DNA of 64,000 bases from Chlorobium sp. (GTDB taxonomy: Bacteria; Bacteroidota; Chlorobiia; Chlorobiales; Chlorobiaceae). The stretch is taken from NCBI GenBank assembly GCA_028277485.1, contig JANQGE010000057.1, forward strand, positions 5,709-69,708. The letters are read 5' to 3'. The notes beneath the pieces are model-generated. The model was given only the letters and a program-made list of their open reading frames with translations. It was not told where the DNA came from and made no database searches. Positions 8,605 to 19,020 of the stretch are shown in pieces; the stretch's first letter is position 1; each line of letters begins with the position of its first letter. The position numbers and the translations under genes are program-made.

Positions 8605-9423
8605 ATGAACAAGATGAAAAAACTGTTGATGCTCGTTGCAGTTTTTTGTTTTGCTGCAGCCGGTCCCTTGCAGGCTAAGAACAATATTGTCATGGACGGC
8701 TCAACAACTGTCGGTCCTATCGCTAAATCTTTTGCGGCATATTTCACCGATAAGACAGGTGTTCAGGTTACGGTCAGTGAATCCGGCAGCGGTAACGGTG
8801 CGAAAAGCCTTATCAACGGTGCCTGCGACATTGCCAACATGTCCCGTCCGATGAAAGAAAAAGAAGCTGCGGCCGCGAAAACCAAAGGAATCAACCCTGT
8901 CGAGCATGTTGTTGCGCTTGACGGTCTTTCAGTCGTCGTGCATCCAAGTAACTATGTTTCTGCCTTGAAAGTCGAACAGATCCGCGATATCTACACCGGA
9001 AAAGTCACCAACTGGAGCAAGGTGGGCGGTCCCAACGCGAAAATCGTTGTTATCCAGCGTGAATCGAACAGCGGTACACAGGATTCTTTCAAGAAGCTTG
9101 TTGTCGGTAAGGGTAATCCTGTCACCAAACGTGCCGAAACCCAGGCAAGCAATGGGGCAGTCAAAAGCCGCGTTGCGTCAACCCCTGCAGCTATCGGCTT
9201 CATCGGCCTTGGTTTTATCGACGATTCGGTCAAACCTCTGATTGTCAACGGCGTTGCTCCGAGCGAAGAGACAGTAAAGCAAGGGGCTTATCCTGTTGCC
9301 CGTCCTTTGTTCATGTACACAAACGGTGAGCCGACAGGAGTTGTCAAGGATTTTGTCGATCTGCCGAAAACGGATGATGGTAAGCGCATGATCAGTGAAC
9401 TTGGTTACGTTAACCGTTATTAA
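8605..9423 (+). CDS. pstS: Phosphate ABC transporter substrate-binding protein PstS (system A)
   Basis: DGSTTV, SESGSGNG, RESNSGT and GFIG motifs; signal peptide. Confidence 0.93.
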   Translation: MNKMKKLLMLVAVFCFAAAGPLQAKNNIVMDGSTTVGPIAKSFAAYFTDKTGVQVTVSESGSGNGAKSLINGACDIANMSRPMKEKEAAAAKTKGINPVEHVVALDGLSVVVHPSNYVSALKVEQIRDIYTGKVTNWSKVGGPNAKIVVIQRESNSGTQDSFKKLVVGKGNPVTKRAETQASNGAVKSRVASTPAAIGFIGLGFIDDSVKPLIVNGVAPSEETVKQGAYPVARPLFMYTNGEPTGVVKDFVDLPKTDDGKRMISELGYVNRY

Positions 9424-9465
9424 TAGTTTGCAACCGAATTAATAGCGGATTTTCTGCACTGCATG

Positions 9466-9496
9466 AAAAGCCGTCCAGTTTTGGGCGGCTTTTTTA
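9466..9496 (+). terminator. Rho-independent terminator
   Basis: AAAAGCCGTCC-AGTTTT-GGGCGGCTTTTTT after pstS. Confidence 0.8.
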
Positions 9497-9497
9497 T

Positions 9498-9563
9498 GGG
9501 CATCCCCCCCCTACCCGCCGAACGAAGCAATTGAATTTACTCGCGGAATAGGTAGAGGTGCCC
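9498..9563 (+). mobile_element. Short MITE-like remnant (family A) with both terminal repeats
   Basis: GGGCATC...AACGAAGCAATTGAA...CGCGGAATAGGTAGAGGTGCCC. Confidence 0.7.
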
Positions 9564-9590
9564 TTGTGAGATGGTTTTTTTGATACGGTT

Positions 9591-9608
9591 ATGTTACAAT
9601 TTTGTCAA
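9591..9608 (+). promoter_or_regulatory. Possible Pho box upstream of the second pstS
   Basis: ATGTTAC-AATT-TTGTCAA, 11-bp period, resembling the proteobacterial CTGTCAT-N4-CTGTCAC consensus. Confidence 0.35.
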
Positions 9609-9727
9609 CATTTTCCGATATGGATGAATAAGATCAAATCAAATTGTAACTACCACAACATACCAGTTCTGGTAGGTACTCGCTGTTATTTGTTACTTCA
9701 AATTCAAAAACAATTAAGGGGACGGAA

Positions 9728-10852
9728 ATGAAGAAAACTGTTACTTTGGCGGCCCTTTTTCTTTTACTGGCGGGCTCTTTGTCAGTGATCGGCTGCGGTC
9801 CTAAGGCAGATCAGGCCGGACAATCCGCACCTGAAACCGGTCAGGCCGGGGAAGGGGCACAATCTGCACGTGATTATATCAGCATCGTCGGTTCTTCGAC
9901 GGTTTATCCTTTTGCTACGGTCGTTGCCGAACAGTTCGGCAAAACAACTGAATTCAAAACCCCGAAGATTGAGTCTACCGGTTCAGGCGGTGGATTCAAA
10001 CTGTTCTCGGCCGGGGTTGGTATCGAACATCCTGATATTACCAATGCCTCACGCCGGATAAAAAAGTCCGAATGCGAGAAGTGTGCTGAAAACGGTGTGG
10101 CCGAAGTTGTGGAAATCAAGATCGGTTATGACGGCATTGTTATGGCCAATTCAAAGAAGACCGAACCATTCAAGCTGAGCCGCAAGGATATCTTCCTGGC
10201 CCTGGCAAAAGAGGTGCCTGATCCGAACGGGGCTGAAGGAAAACTGGTGCCGAATCCGTACAAAACCTGGAAAGACGTCAATCCGGCTTTGCCTGCAACA
10301 AGAATCGAGGTGCTCGGCCCTCCTCCGACATCAGGGACGCGTGATGCTTTCGTCGAGCTGGCTATGGAAGCCGGAGCGAAAAAGTTTGCGTGGTTAAAGG
10401 CGCTGAGAAAAGAGGATAAAAAAGCATTCAAGGAAATCAGCCATACTCTTCGTGAAGACGGCGCATTCATCGAAGCCGGTGAGAACGACAACCTGATTGT
10501 TCAAAAACTCGATGCAAACGCCGATGCACTGGGCATTTTCGGTTTCAGCTTCCTTGATCAGAATACCGACAAGATTCAGGGGGCCTTTGTCGATGATGTA
10601 CAGCCTGCATTCGGTGCAATTGCCGATGGTTCGTATCCTCTTTCCCGTCCACTGTTTTTCTATGTCAAGAAAGCCCATGTGGGAACTATTCCCGGTATCG
10701 CCGAATATCTTGCCGAGTTTACAGCAGAGAAAACATGGGGAGATGAAGGATACCTTACTGAAAAGGGTCTGATACCGATGCCGAAACAGGAAAGGGAGCA
10801 ATACGCGAAAGCTGCGCAGGAGCTGATCTCAATTTCCTGCGGTGAACTGTGA
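9728..10852 (+). CDS. pstS: Phosphate ABC transporter substrate-binding lipoprotein PstS (system B, proteobacterial type)
   Basis: Lipobox-like SVIGC; VGSSTVYPF, ESTGSGGG, GPPPTSGTRDAF and GIFGFSF motifs. Confidence 0.93.
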   Translation: MKKTVTLAALFLLLAGSLSVIGCGPKADQAGQSAPETGQAGEGAQSARDYISIVGSSTVYPFATVVAEQFGKTTEFKTPKIESTGSGGGFKLFSAGVGIEHPDITNASRRIKKSECEKCAENGVAEVVEIKIGYDGIVMANSKKTEPFKLSRKDIFLALAKEVPDPNGAEGKLVPNPYKTWKDVNPALPATRIEVLGPPPTSGTRDAFVELAMEAGAKKFAWLKALRKEDKKAFKEISHTLREDGAFIEAGENDNLIVQKLDANADALGIFGFSFLDQNTDKIQGAFVDDVQPAFGAIADGSYPLSRPLFFYVKKAHVGTIPGIAEYLAEFTAEKTWGDEGYLTEKGLIPMPKQEREQYAKAAQELISISCGEL

Positions 10853-10894
10853 TCTCTTTTAGAGGAGATTGAAGCAAGCTGTTTTTTTCCCGTT

Positions 10895-10930
10895 TTTTCG
10901 GGCCGGCGGGCTACTCTGCCGGCCCGAAAA
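10895..10930. terminator. Strong hairpin after the second pstS (terminator or mRNA-stabilising stem)
   Basis: TTTTCGGGCCGGCGGG-CTA-CTCTGCCGGCCCGAAAA. Confidence 0.6.
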
Positions 10931-11048
10931 TATTTTACTTTGCAGGATATATTTTCGAACTTTCGCTGCCTGACGGAAGTTGCCGGCCGGATGATGAAGG
11001 ATCGAATAATTGTAAACAGTTGTTACCACGGGAAACAATCGCAAATAC

Positions 11049-11894
11049 ATGCAAGAAGTACTGAAAAAGAAGTCCGCTGAAAAACGCATCCTGGCTCCCA
11101 GGGAAAGCCGTAAAACAATCGGGAATATCAATGTTCAGAACCCGCGAATGGTTTGTCGAAACGTTGACGTGTATTACGATGACAAGCAGGCTATTCGAAA
11201 TGTATCGATCGACATAGGGCGTAACGAGGTTCTTTCCATGATCGGCCCTTCGGGTTGCGGGAAATCAACCTTTCTGCGGTGTTTGAACCGGATGAACGAT
11301 ACCATTGACAGTTGCCGGGTGACCGGTGAAATTCTTTTTGACGGCAAGGATATCTATGACTCTTCTATAGATGTTGTTCCTCTCAGGGCTCAGATAGGTA
11401 TGGTTTTCCAGAAACCGAACCCCTTTCCGAAATCGATTTACGAAAATGTTGGCTGGGCCCCTAAAATCCATGGGCTGGTGGAGTCAAAGGCTGAAACGGA
11501 TGAACTCGTCGAATCCACTCTGCAGAAGGCCGGATTATGGAATGAGGTCAAAGATCGCCTGGATCAGCCTGGAACAGGCCTTTCCGGAGGGCAGCAGCAG
11601 CGTCTTTGCATAGCCCGTGCGATTGCGGTCAGCCCCGAAGTTATTCTCATGGATGAGCCCTGTTCGGCTCTCGATCCTATTGCAACTGCTAAAATCGAAG
11701 ATCTCATCGACGAGCTGCGGGAGCAGTATACCATTGTCATTGTAACGCATTCAATGCAGCAGGCTTCACGTGTATCCCAACGGACGGCCTTTTTCCATCT
11801 CGGAGACCTGATTGAAGTAGGAACCACAGAAAATATTTTCACCAAGCCGTCTCATCAACTAACCGAGGATTACATTACCGGACGGTACGGCTGA
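11049..11894 (+). CDS. pstB: Phosphate ABC transporter ATP-binding protein PstB (system B)
   Basis: GPSGCGKST Walker [20 protein letters not shown] and [10 protein letters not shown]. Confidence 0.95.
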   Translation: MQEVLKKKSAEKRILAPRESRKTIGNINVQNPRMVCRNVDVYYDDKQAIRNVSIDIGRNEVLSMIGPSGCGKSTFLRCLNRMNDTIDSCRVTGEILFDGKDIYDSSIDVVPLRAQIGMVFQKPNPFPKSIYENVGWAPKIHGLVESKAETDELVESTLQKAGLWNEVKDRLDQPGTGLSGGQQQRLCIARAIAVSPEVILMDEPCSALDPIATAKIEDLIDELREQYTIVIVTHSMQQASRVSQRTAFFHLGDLIEVGTTENIFTKPSHQLTEDYITGRYG

Positions 11895-11915
11895 TGTATC
11901 AAGCCCACAATTGTC

Positions 11916-13307
11916 ATGATGTCACCGTTAGCCCTGCTTCTGGCATTGCTCCTGCTATCCGCTGCCGGATATTTTATCGGGCGGAGAAAAGCGCTTTATG
12001 CAGCTGACAAGGCCGGCGGGCCGAACATGCTGCATTCCCGCCCCAACTATTATGGAGTACTGACCGCTCTCTGGTGTTGCCTGCCGGCTTTTTTCCTGTT
12101 TATTCTCTGGCTTGCCTTTGAACAAAGCATCATTACAAGCCTTATGGTGGCTGATCTTCCGCCCGGGCTTCGCAATCTTCCGCAGGAACGTCTCAGTTTG
12201 TTTGTAAATGACGCCCGGAACCTTGCGAGCGGAAATATCGTGTCGGGTGAGATCACCGCCGAGATGAGGGCGGCGGCGGCGCATTATGTAAATCTTCAGG
12301 GCATAGGCAAGATGATCGCGGGCGTGACCGTCCTGGTCGTTGCCATTGCAGGTATGTTGTTTGTGCATCGTCATATAACGCCCGAGCTCCGTGCCCGGAA
12401 CCAGGTAGAGAGGGCTATCATGGCCCTTTTGATTTTCTGCTCCACCATAGCGATTTTCACTACTATCGGCATCGTGCTTTCCGTGCTCTACGAAGCTGTC
12501 AGGTTTTTTCAACAGGTGCCGGTCACGGATTTCCTTTTCGGTCTTAAATGGAGCCCTCAAATGGCCATTCGGGAAGAACAGGTTGGTTCTTCAGGAGCTT
12601 TCGGAGCCATTCCGGTATTTGCAGGAACGATGCTTATCTCAGGCATCGCCATGATGGTGGCTGTTCCTATAGGGTTAATGTCAGCCATTTTTCTTTCGGA
12701 ATATGCCAATAAGCAGGTTCGGGCCGTAGCCAAGCCGCTGCTCGAAATCCTGGCGGGCGTTCCCACCGTAGTGTATGGTTTTTTTGCGGCTCTTGTTGTC
12801 GCACCCGTGATTCGTGCCGGAGGTTCGCAACTGGGAATCGACGTGTCTTCCGAAAGCGCCCTTGCGGCCGGGCTGGTGATGGGAATCATGATTATCCCGT
12901 TTGTCTCTTCTTTGTCGGATGATGTGATCAACGCTGTTCCCCAGTCTCTCAGGGATGGGGCCTACAGCGTCGGAGCTACCCGTTCTGAAACTATCAAACA
13001 TGTGCTTATTCCGGCGGCGCTGCCCGGAATTGTCGGAGGGATACTTCTTGCGGTATCACGAGCGATCGGTGAAACCATGATCGTGGTCATGGCTGCCGGC
13101 CTGTCAGCCAACCTTACGGCCAATCCGCTGCAGGCTGTGACGACCGTGACGGTGCAAATCGTTACGCTGCTGGTGGGTGACCAGGAATTCGACAGTCCGA
13201 AAACTCTTGCGGCATTTGCCCTGGGGCTCGTGCTGTTTGTTGTAACACTTTTTTTGAACATCATCGCCTTGACGGTGGTCAGAAAATATCGGGAGAGATA
13301 TGAGTAG
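11916..13307 (+). CDS. pstC: Phosphate ABC transporter permease PstC (system B, long N-terminal domain)
   Basis: LEILAGVPTVVYG, EAA-like loop SLRDGAYSVGAT and RAIGETM motifs. Confidence 0.93.
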   Translation: MMSPLALLLALLLLSAAGYFIGRRKALYAADKAGGPNMLHSRPNYYGVLTALWCCLPAFFLFILWLAFEQSIITSLMVADLPPGLRNLPQERLSLFVNDARNLASGNIVSGEITAEMRAAAAHYVNLQGIGKMIAGVTVLVVAIAGMLFVHRHITPELRARNQVERAIMALLIFCSTIAIFTTIGIVLSVLYEAVRFFQQVPVTDFLFGLKWSPQMAIREEQVGSSGAFGAIPVFAGTMLISGIAMMVAVPIGLMSAIFLSEYANKQVRAVAKPLLEILAGVPTVVYGFFAALVVAPVIRAGGSQLGIDVSSESALAAGLVMGIMIIPFVSSLSDDVINAVPQSLRDGAYSVGATRSETIKHVLIPAALPGIVGGILLAVSRAIGETMIVVMAAGLSANLTANPLQAVTTVTVQIVTLLVGDQEFDSPKTLAAFALGLVLFVVTLFLNIIALTVVRKYRERYE

Positions 13308-14610
13308 CGTCGCAAAGAAACCGTCAACCGGAGCGTCAGGAGGCTCAGGCCGGGAGCGCGCTATCGATATTGTCAACAGAAGACTGGCCAAAAGGTACCG
13401 GGTTGAAAAACGTTTCAGGTTTTATGGCCTGTGTTCCATTATAGCAAGCGTGGTATTTCTGGCGGTTCTTTTGACAAGTATTGTCGGTAACGGTTACACC
13501 GCATTTTTCCAGACCTACATTAAACTGGACGTGGCGCTTGATGCAACGATGCTGGACCGGGCAGATCCGGGCGGTTCGGATTATCAGGGGATAATCAAGA
13601 AGTCGATCAATAAGCTGTACCCAGAAGTCGAGGATCGCAGGAGCAAGCGGGAGCTTTACGCCCTGTTCAGTTCCGGAGCGGCTTTTCAACTGCGGAACAC
13701 TGTTATGGAAAATCCCGACCTGATCGGCACGACCGTAACGTTGTGGGTGCCGGCTGATGACGACGTGGATATGCTGATGAAAGGTCATATAAAAAGGGAT
13801 GTTCCGGAAAGCGGACGGCGTTTGAGCGACAAACAGCTTGGATGGATAGACCGGCTTGCGGTTGAGGATAGGATCGAGAAAAGGTTCAATGTGACGTTCT
13901 TTACTGCCGGGGATTCCAGGGAACCCGAACTGTCTGGGATATGGGGGGCGGTCAAGGGATCGTTTTTCACGCTTCTTATCACGCTCGTACTTTCGTTTCC
14001 GATCGGGCTGGCAGCTGCTGTTTATCTTGAAGAGTTTGCCCCGAAAAATCTTGCCACGGATTTTATCGAGGTCAACATCAACAACCTGGCGGCGGTACCG
14101 TCGATTGTTTTCGGGCTGCTCGGCCTGGCTGTTTTCCTCAACTTTTTCGGTATGCCCCGGTCCACCCCTCTGGTAGGGGGCCTGGTGCTGACGCTTATGA
14201 CGCTGCCGACCATCATTATCGCCAGCAGAGCTGCGCTTAAAGCCGTGCCTCCCTCTATCCGGGAGGCTGCATTGGGGGTCGGCTCTTCCAAAATGCAGAT
14301 GGTTTCCAGCCACGTTTTGCCGCTTGCACTCCCGGGAATGCTTACCGGCACGATCATCGGTATGGCACAGGCACTGGGAGAAACCGCACCCCTCTTGATG
14401 ATCGGTATGGTTGCTTTTATCGTGGACGTTCCCGGCGGGTTTACCGATCCCGCAGCCGTTATGCCGGTCCAGATATACCTCTGGGCGGACAGCCCGGAAC
14501 GCGCTTTTCTGGAGAGGACATCGGCGGCTATCATGGTACTGCTTGCCTTTTTGATCCTTATGAACGCTACTGCGGTCGTTATGAGGAAACGTTTTGAAAA
14601 ACGGTGGTAA
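13300..14610 (+). CDS. pstA: Phosphate ABC transporter permease PstA (system B, periplasmic insertion)
   Basis: INNLAAVPSIVFG, IREAALGVGSS and ALGETAPL; overlaps pstC by 8 bp. Confidence 0.93.
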   Translation: MSSVAKKPSTGASGGSGRERAIDIVNRRLAKRYRVEKRFRFYGLCSIIASVVFLAVLLTSIVGNGYTAFFQTYIKLDVALDATMLDRADPGGSDYQGIIKKSINKLYPEVEDRRSKRELYALFSSGAAFQLRNTVMENPDLIGTTVTLWVPADDDVDMLMKGHIKRDVPESGRRLSDKQLGWIDRLAVEDRIEKRFNVTFFTAGDSREPELSGIWGAVKGSFFTLLITLVLSFPIGLAAAVYLEEFAPKNLATDFIEVNINNLAAVPSIVFGLLGLAVFLNFFGMPRSTPLVGGLVLTLMTLPTIIIASRAALKAVPPSIREAALGVGSSKMQMVSSHVLPLALPGMLTGTIIGMAQALGETAPLLMIGMVAFIVDVPGGFTDPAAVMPVQIYLWADSPERAFLERTSAAIMVLLAFLILMNATAVVMRKRFEKRW

Positions 14611-14621
14611 AGGTGAATCAC

Positions 14622-14645
14622 GGCACGCCGCGAATTGAGGTGTCC
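14622..14645 (+). repeat. Minimal MITE-like remnant (family A ends only)
   Basis: GGCACGCCGCGAATTGAGGTGTCC resembles fused left and right ends of the element. Confidence 0.4.
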
Positions 14646-14771
14646 ATGAGAAGATGTTGCAGTTTTGTAACAAGAGCGGCATTGTCAACTTGAGGAGGGG
14701 AGTATACATTATAAAACAAAATCAAGGCTCGTGTCTGATCGATGCATTTTTAGTTTTAACGTGGGTCCTCT

Positions 14772-15935
14772 ATGGCAGAAACAACTTTGGTTGGGGGGAA
14801 AAAATCAGAAGCCTTTGTGCTTAGCCCCGAAAAGCTGCGCAGGCAGAGAATTGCAAAGTTTATCGGTGAAGGTTTTCTTTTGACCGTAGCGTCGTTTGTC
14901 GCTATTGTCGTGCTGTTTATTTTCTACTTTGTTGCCGTTGATGCAATTCCGTTTTTCCAGCAGCGCGGTTTTGAGGAGTTTTTTACAAGCACCGGCTGGT
15001 ATCCTGCTGATGATCCCGGGGAATTCGGGGCGCTTGCCATTATTTACGGCAGCGGGATGGTGACGATAGGATCGGCGCTCATTGCCGTGCCTCTTGGCAT
15101 CTCCGCTGCAATATGTCTTAGTGATGTTCTGCCTTTTTCGATAAGACAATACGCCAAGCCGGTTATCGAAATGCTTGCGGCAATTCCTTCCGTAGCCTAC
15201 GGTTTTTTCGCGCTGGTGATTTTCGCCCCGTTACTGCAAAACCATGGGGGGCCTATACTGATGTGGGCATGGTGGCTGATTGCGGGTCCTTTTGTTCTTC
15301 TGGCGGTCGTTGTTGCCGGTGATCTGCTGACTTCAAGACAGACAGACGAGTCGAGACGCAAGACAATGCGTACAATGCTCACGGGAGTATTGGGTGTTAT
15401 TGCGGTGGTGTTCCTTTACTGGGTAGGAAAGACACTCAATGCGATCCAGATTCTCAGCGGAACAAACGCTCTCAACGTATCGCTTATCCTGAGTTTCATG
15501 GCCCTGCCGACAATAGTCAGTGTTTCCGAAGACTCCCTGCAAGCTGTCGGGCGGGAGTTGAGAGAGGGCAGTTACGCGCTTGGTGCAACAAGAGCCGAAA
15601 CTCTTGTGAGAACAGTGCTTCCGGCGGCCAGCAGCGGTATTCTGGCTGCGGTTATTCTTGGCATCATGCGGGCAATTGGTGAGACGATGGTTGTGTGGAT
15701 GGCCTCGGGCAACTCTTCGCATATTCCGGATCCGTGGTATAACTATCTTGATTCAATAAGAACGCTTACGGCAACCATTGCCGGTGATATGGGTGAAGCC
15801 GATCAGGTTACCGGTTCGGCACGCTATCATGTGCTGTTTGCCATGGGGCTGTTGCTGCTTGTTTTCAGTTTTATCAGCAACCTTGTCAGCGAAAGAATAG
15901 TCATCAGGCAGAGGAAGATACTTTCCGGTGAATAG
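14772..15935 (+). CDS. pstC: Phosphate ABC transporter permease PstC (system A)
   Basis: IEMLAAIPSVAYG, LREGSYALGAT and RAIGETM motifs; two extra TM segments. Confidence 0.93.
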   Translation: MAETTLVGGKKSEAFVLSPEKLRRQRIAKFIGEGFLLTVASFVAIVVLFIFYFVAVDAIPFFQQRGFEEFFTSTGWYPADDPGEFGALAIIYGSGMVTIGSALIAVPLGISAAICLSDVLPFSIRQYAKPVIEMLAAIPSVAYGFFALVIFAPLLQNHGGPILMWAWWLIAGPFVLLAVVVAGDLLTSRQTDESRRKTMRTMLTGVLGVIAVVFLYWVGKTLNAIQILSGTNALNVSLILSFMALPTIVSVSEDSLQAVGRELREGSYALGATRAETLVRTVLPAASSGILAAVILGIMRAIGETMVVWMASGNSSHIPDPWYNYLDSIRTLTATIAGDMGEADQVTGSARYHVLFAMGLLLLVFSFISNLVSERIVIRQRKILSGE

Positions 15936-15963
15936 CTCCTCTCTATCACTTAACTCCTGAACC

Positions 15964-17310
15964 ATGAATCTCGGAACCAGAAAAATTCTCGACCGATCAT
16001 TTACCGTCGTTGGCATTACTTCGATTATGCTGATGGCTACAGCCTTGCTGGTTGTAGTGGTGCCGATTTTCACCGGAGGGATTGGTGCAATATATTTCGA
16101 GGGTACGATAGAGCACAGAAAGCTTCAGTACAACGAGTTCGGAAAGGGAGATCGCGGTGCTATCGAAAGACAGATAGCCGAAACGGAACCGTATCGAAAT
16201 GAGGTGTTCAGAATTCTCGATGCTTTCGGTGACGAGATGGAAACGATGGAGCCCGGAGAGAAAAGAAACTATCTTTCCAAGTACAAAAAAGTCAGAAAGA
16301 TGCTGTCCCGCCTTCTCGGACCGCTTCCGGGTGACCAAAAGCCTATTCTTTTACGTTACCAGTACGGCAGCACACGCTGGGAGAAAGCTGAGGAACTGCT
16401 GCATGATCTCATGTTTGTGACAAAGTGGGATTATTCCAATCCGGACGAGATGGCCAAGCGGTATTTTGTTCCGAGGGCCGATGAGTTTGCCGGTACCGCG
16501 CTGGCCAGCCTTTTTCTGTACTTGGAGAACAACCTTGAAAAAATGCTGCTGCCTGAGCGGACTTTCTATTGGGGGTTTCTCACCGACCGTTCGCTTGATG
16601 CACACATCTTCGGAGGCATCTGGGCGGAAATTCAGGGTACTTTTTTCCTTGCAGTTGGGGCTATGCTCTTTGCGTTTCCGCTTGGGGTGATAGCGGCCAT
16701 CTACTTTACGGAATATGCAAGGGATAACTTTTTTACCAGCATCCTGCGCAGTGCCAACAGTACGCTGGCCGGTGTGCCGAGCATCGTTTTCGGCCTTTTT
16801 GGCTTGGCCTTTTTTATCAACACCATCAAGGTATCCGATTCGAAAAGTGTTCTTGCCGGTTCGCTTACGTTGGCAATCATGATACTGCCGACGATAATCC
16901 GGGCGGCGGAAGAGGCGATTCTTGCCGTTCCGAAAACATACAAAGAGGCATCCCTGGCCCTTGGCTCGACGAAATGGAGGACCATCGTGACAGTTATTCT
17001 TCCGGCAGCGCTTCCCGGCATCATTACCGGAGGGATTATCAGCCTCGGCCGTGCAGCCGGTGAAACCGCTCCTATTATCTTTACGGCTGCGGTCAGTGTC
17101 GGTGCGACAATCGGCCTTGCCGATGTGTTTACCATGCCGACGCCGGCACTGTCCTGGAACATTTATAATCTTGCAAGTGAACACGAAGCGGCCAATGAGA
17201 TCCGGCATGTTCAGTACGGCATGGTGCTTGCGCTGATATCAATTGTGCTTTTGCTTAATTTATCGGCTATATTGCTGAGGGCACGGATTTCCAAAAAATT
17301 AAAAGGTTAA
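15964..17310 (+). CDS. pstA: Phosphate ABC transporter permease PstA (system A, large periplasmic insertion)
   Basis: LAGVPSIVFGLFG, YKEASLALGST and RAAGETAP motifs. Confidence 0.93.
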   Translation: MNLGTRKILDRSFTVVGITSIMLMATALLVVVVPIFTGGIGAIYFEGTIEHRKLQYNEFGKGDRGAIERQIAETEPYRNEVFRILDAFGDEMETMEPGEKRNYLSKYKKVRKMLSRLLGPLPGDQKPILLRYQYGSTRWEKAEELLHDLMFVTKWDYSNPDEMAKRYFVPRADEFAGTALASLFLYLENNLEKMLLPERTFYWGFLTDRSLDAHIFGGIWAEIQGTFFLAVGAMLFAFPLGVIAAIYFTEYARDNFFTSILRSANSTLAGVPSIVFGLFGLAFFINTIKVSDSKSVLAGSLTLAIMILPTIIRAAEEAILAVPKTYKEASLALGSTKWRTIVTVILPAALPGIITGGIISLGRAAGETAPIIFTAAVSVGATIGLADVFTMPTPALSWNIYNLASEHEAANEIRHVQYGMVLALISIVLLLNLSAILLRARISKKLKG

Positions 17311-17316
17311 AAAGTA

Positions 17317-18177
17317 ATGCAGATGACTGTTGAAGAAAAAGATACGGACAAGGTCGCGTCAAAAAGTGGTGCGACTCGTGATATTTTTCTTCCTCCTGAG
17401 CGTCAGAGGGTCAGGGATGGCGGAAATCCTCATGTTATGGCAAAGAACTTCTCTATTTTCTACGGGGATTTCGAAGCGGTCAAAAAGGTAAGTGCGGATA
17501 TTCTCTCAAAGTATGTGACGGCTATTATCGGGCCCAGCGGCTGCGGGAAAAGCACATTTCTTCGGGCCATCAACCGCATGAATGATCTTATTCCTTCCTG
17601 TTATACAACCGGCACGCTGATGTTTGACGGGGAGGATATATACGGCAGGTATACCGATGAAGTCCAGCTCAGAAAGAAAATCGGGATGGTTTTTCAGAAA
17701 CCCAATCCTTTCCCGAAATCGATTTTTGACAACATTGCATACGGTCCGCGCCTTCATGGCGTAAAAGATAAAAAGGTTCTTGAAGAGATTGTTGAAAAAA
17801 GCCTTCGCAAAGCCGCGTTGTGGGATGAAGTGAAGGACCGCATGGAGAGAAACGCCCTGGGGCTCAGCGGCGGTCAGCAGCAGCGCTTATGTGTTGCAAG
17901 AACACTTGCCGTGGGGCCTGAAATTCTGCTGCTCGATGAGCCTACCTCGGCCCTGGACCCGAAGGCAACCGCAAAAATCGAAGATCTTATCGAGGAATTA
18001 CGAGGGAGTTATACTATACTTATCGTTACTCATAACATGCAGCAGGCTTCCCGTGTCTCCGACTACACCATGTTTTATTACGAAGGTGATCTTGTGGAAT
18101 ATGCTCCGACAAAGCAGCTCTTTACCAATCCCCGGGATCAGGTGACGGAAGATTACATTACCGGAAGGTTCAGCTGA
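17317..18177 (+). CDS. pstB: Phosphate ABC transporter ATP-binding protein PstB (system A)
   Basis: [28 protein letters not shown] and [10 protein letters not shown]. Confidence 0.95.
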   Translation: MQMTVEEKDTDKVASKSGATRDIFLPPERQRVRDGGNPHVMAKNFSIFYGDFEAVKKVSADILSKYVTAIIGPSGCGKSTFLRAINRMNDLIPSCYTTGTLMFDGEDIYGRYTDEVQLRKKIGMVFQKPNPFPKSIFDNIAYGPRLHGVKDKKVLEEIVEKSLRKAALWDEVKDRMERNALGLSGGQQQRLCVARTLAVGPEILLLDEPTSALDPKATAKIEDLIEELRGSYTILIVTHNMQQASRVSDYTMFYYEGDLVEYAPTKQLFTNPRDQVTEDYITGRFS

Positions 18178-18197
18178 AAACAAAAACTCTACTTTCT

Positions 18198-18887
18198 ATG
18201 GCGGACAGACCTGTTCATGAGCATATCAAGGATTTATCAAATTCTCTGGTTATCCTTTCCGACAAGGTGCTGAGAAACTTTACGAGCGCCATGGATGCTC
18301 TGTTAAATCCTGAAGAAAGCTCGGGCGAGGATATAAGACTTGCCGATGGGGAAATCGATGCTTCCGAAGTCAGGCTCGAAGAGCAGTGCCTGGTGTTTCT
18401 GGCGCTGCAGCAGCCGGTGGCCAGGGATTTAAGGACTATCATCACCATTCTCAAGATAAATACCGACCTGGAAAGAATCGGCGATCTCGCGGTGCATATC
18501 TTCGAGAGGGTTCCGGATGTCGATCACCTGTTCCTTCAGGATTTCCGGTTTGAAAGGATGGGAGGGGTGGCAAAAGAGATGGTGCAGAAATCAATACAGG
18601 CTTTTGTTAACCAGGACCGTCGGCTTGCCGAAGAGGTGTGTGACATGGATGAAGATCTGGATACAATGCATCGTGCAGTGTTCAAGAAAGTATCTGCGGA
18701 GATCAGGGATACCAGCCGGGATACCAACCAGTATATTGTCGCCATGAGTGTTTCGCGGTATATAGAAAGAATCGGCGATCATGCCACCAGAATAGCCAGG
18801 GAGGTTCTTTATCTGGTTACCGGAGAGATTGTCCGGCATACGGAAGGTTCCTCCTTTGAAAAGCTCATTCAGTCATTGAAAGATTAA
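18198..18887 (+). CDS. phoU: Phosphate signalling protein PhoU
   Basis: IDASE...QQPVARDLR...DLERIGDLA and IERIGDHATRIA tandem PhoU motifs. Confidence 0.95.
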   Translation: MADRPVHEHIKDLSNSLVILSDKVLRNFTSAMDALLNPEESSGEDIRLADGEIDASEVRLEEQCLVFLALQQPVARDLRTIITILKINTDLERIGDLAVHIFERVPDVDHLFLQDFRFERMGGVAKEMVQKSIQAFVNQDRRLAEEVCDMDEDLDTMHRAVFKKVSAEIRDTSRDTNQYIVAMSVSRYIERIGDHATRIAREVLYLVTGEIVRHTEGSSFEKLIQSLKD

Positions 18888-19020
18888 CCCCGGTTTTATT
18901 TTTTTCTTGCAATTGACCCGTTCACTCAGCTAAATTATCACCACCTAACCGGCATAATTCACCAAAGGAATAAGAGGGAGAGCGAGGAGTAAGAAAGTGC
19001 CAGGTGTCAGGCGGGAAAAA

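Noticed and set aside
13345-14709. 454-aa antisense ORF over pstA, and similar long antisense ORFs (7567-8397, 11955-12560, 19529-20230, 29385-30485, 46652-47359)
   Set aside because: Complementary-strand artefacts of codon bias over clear genes.
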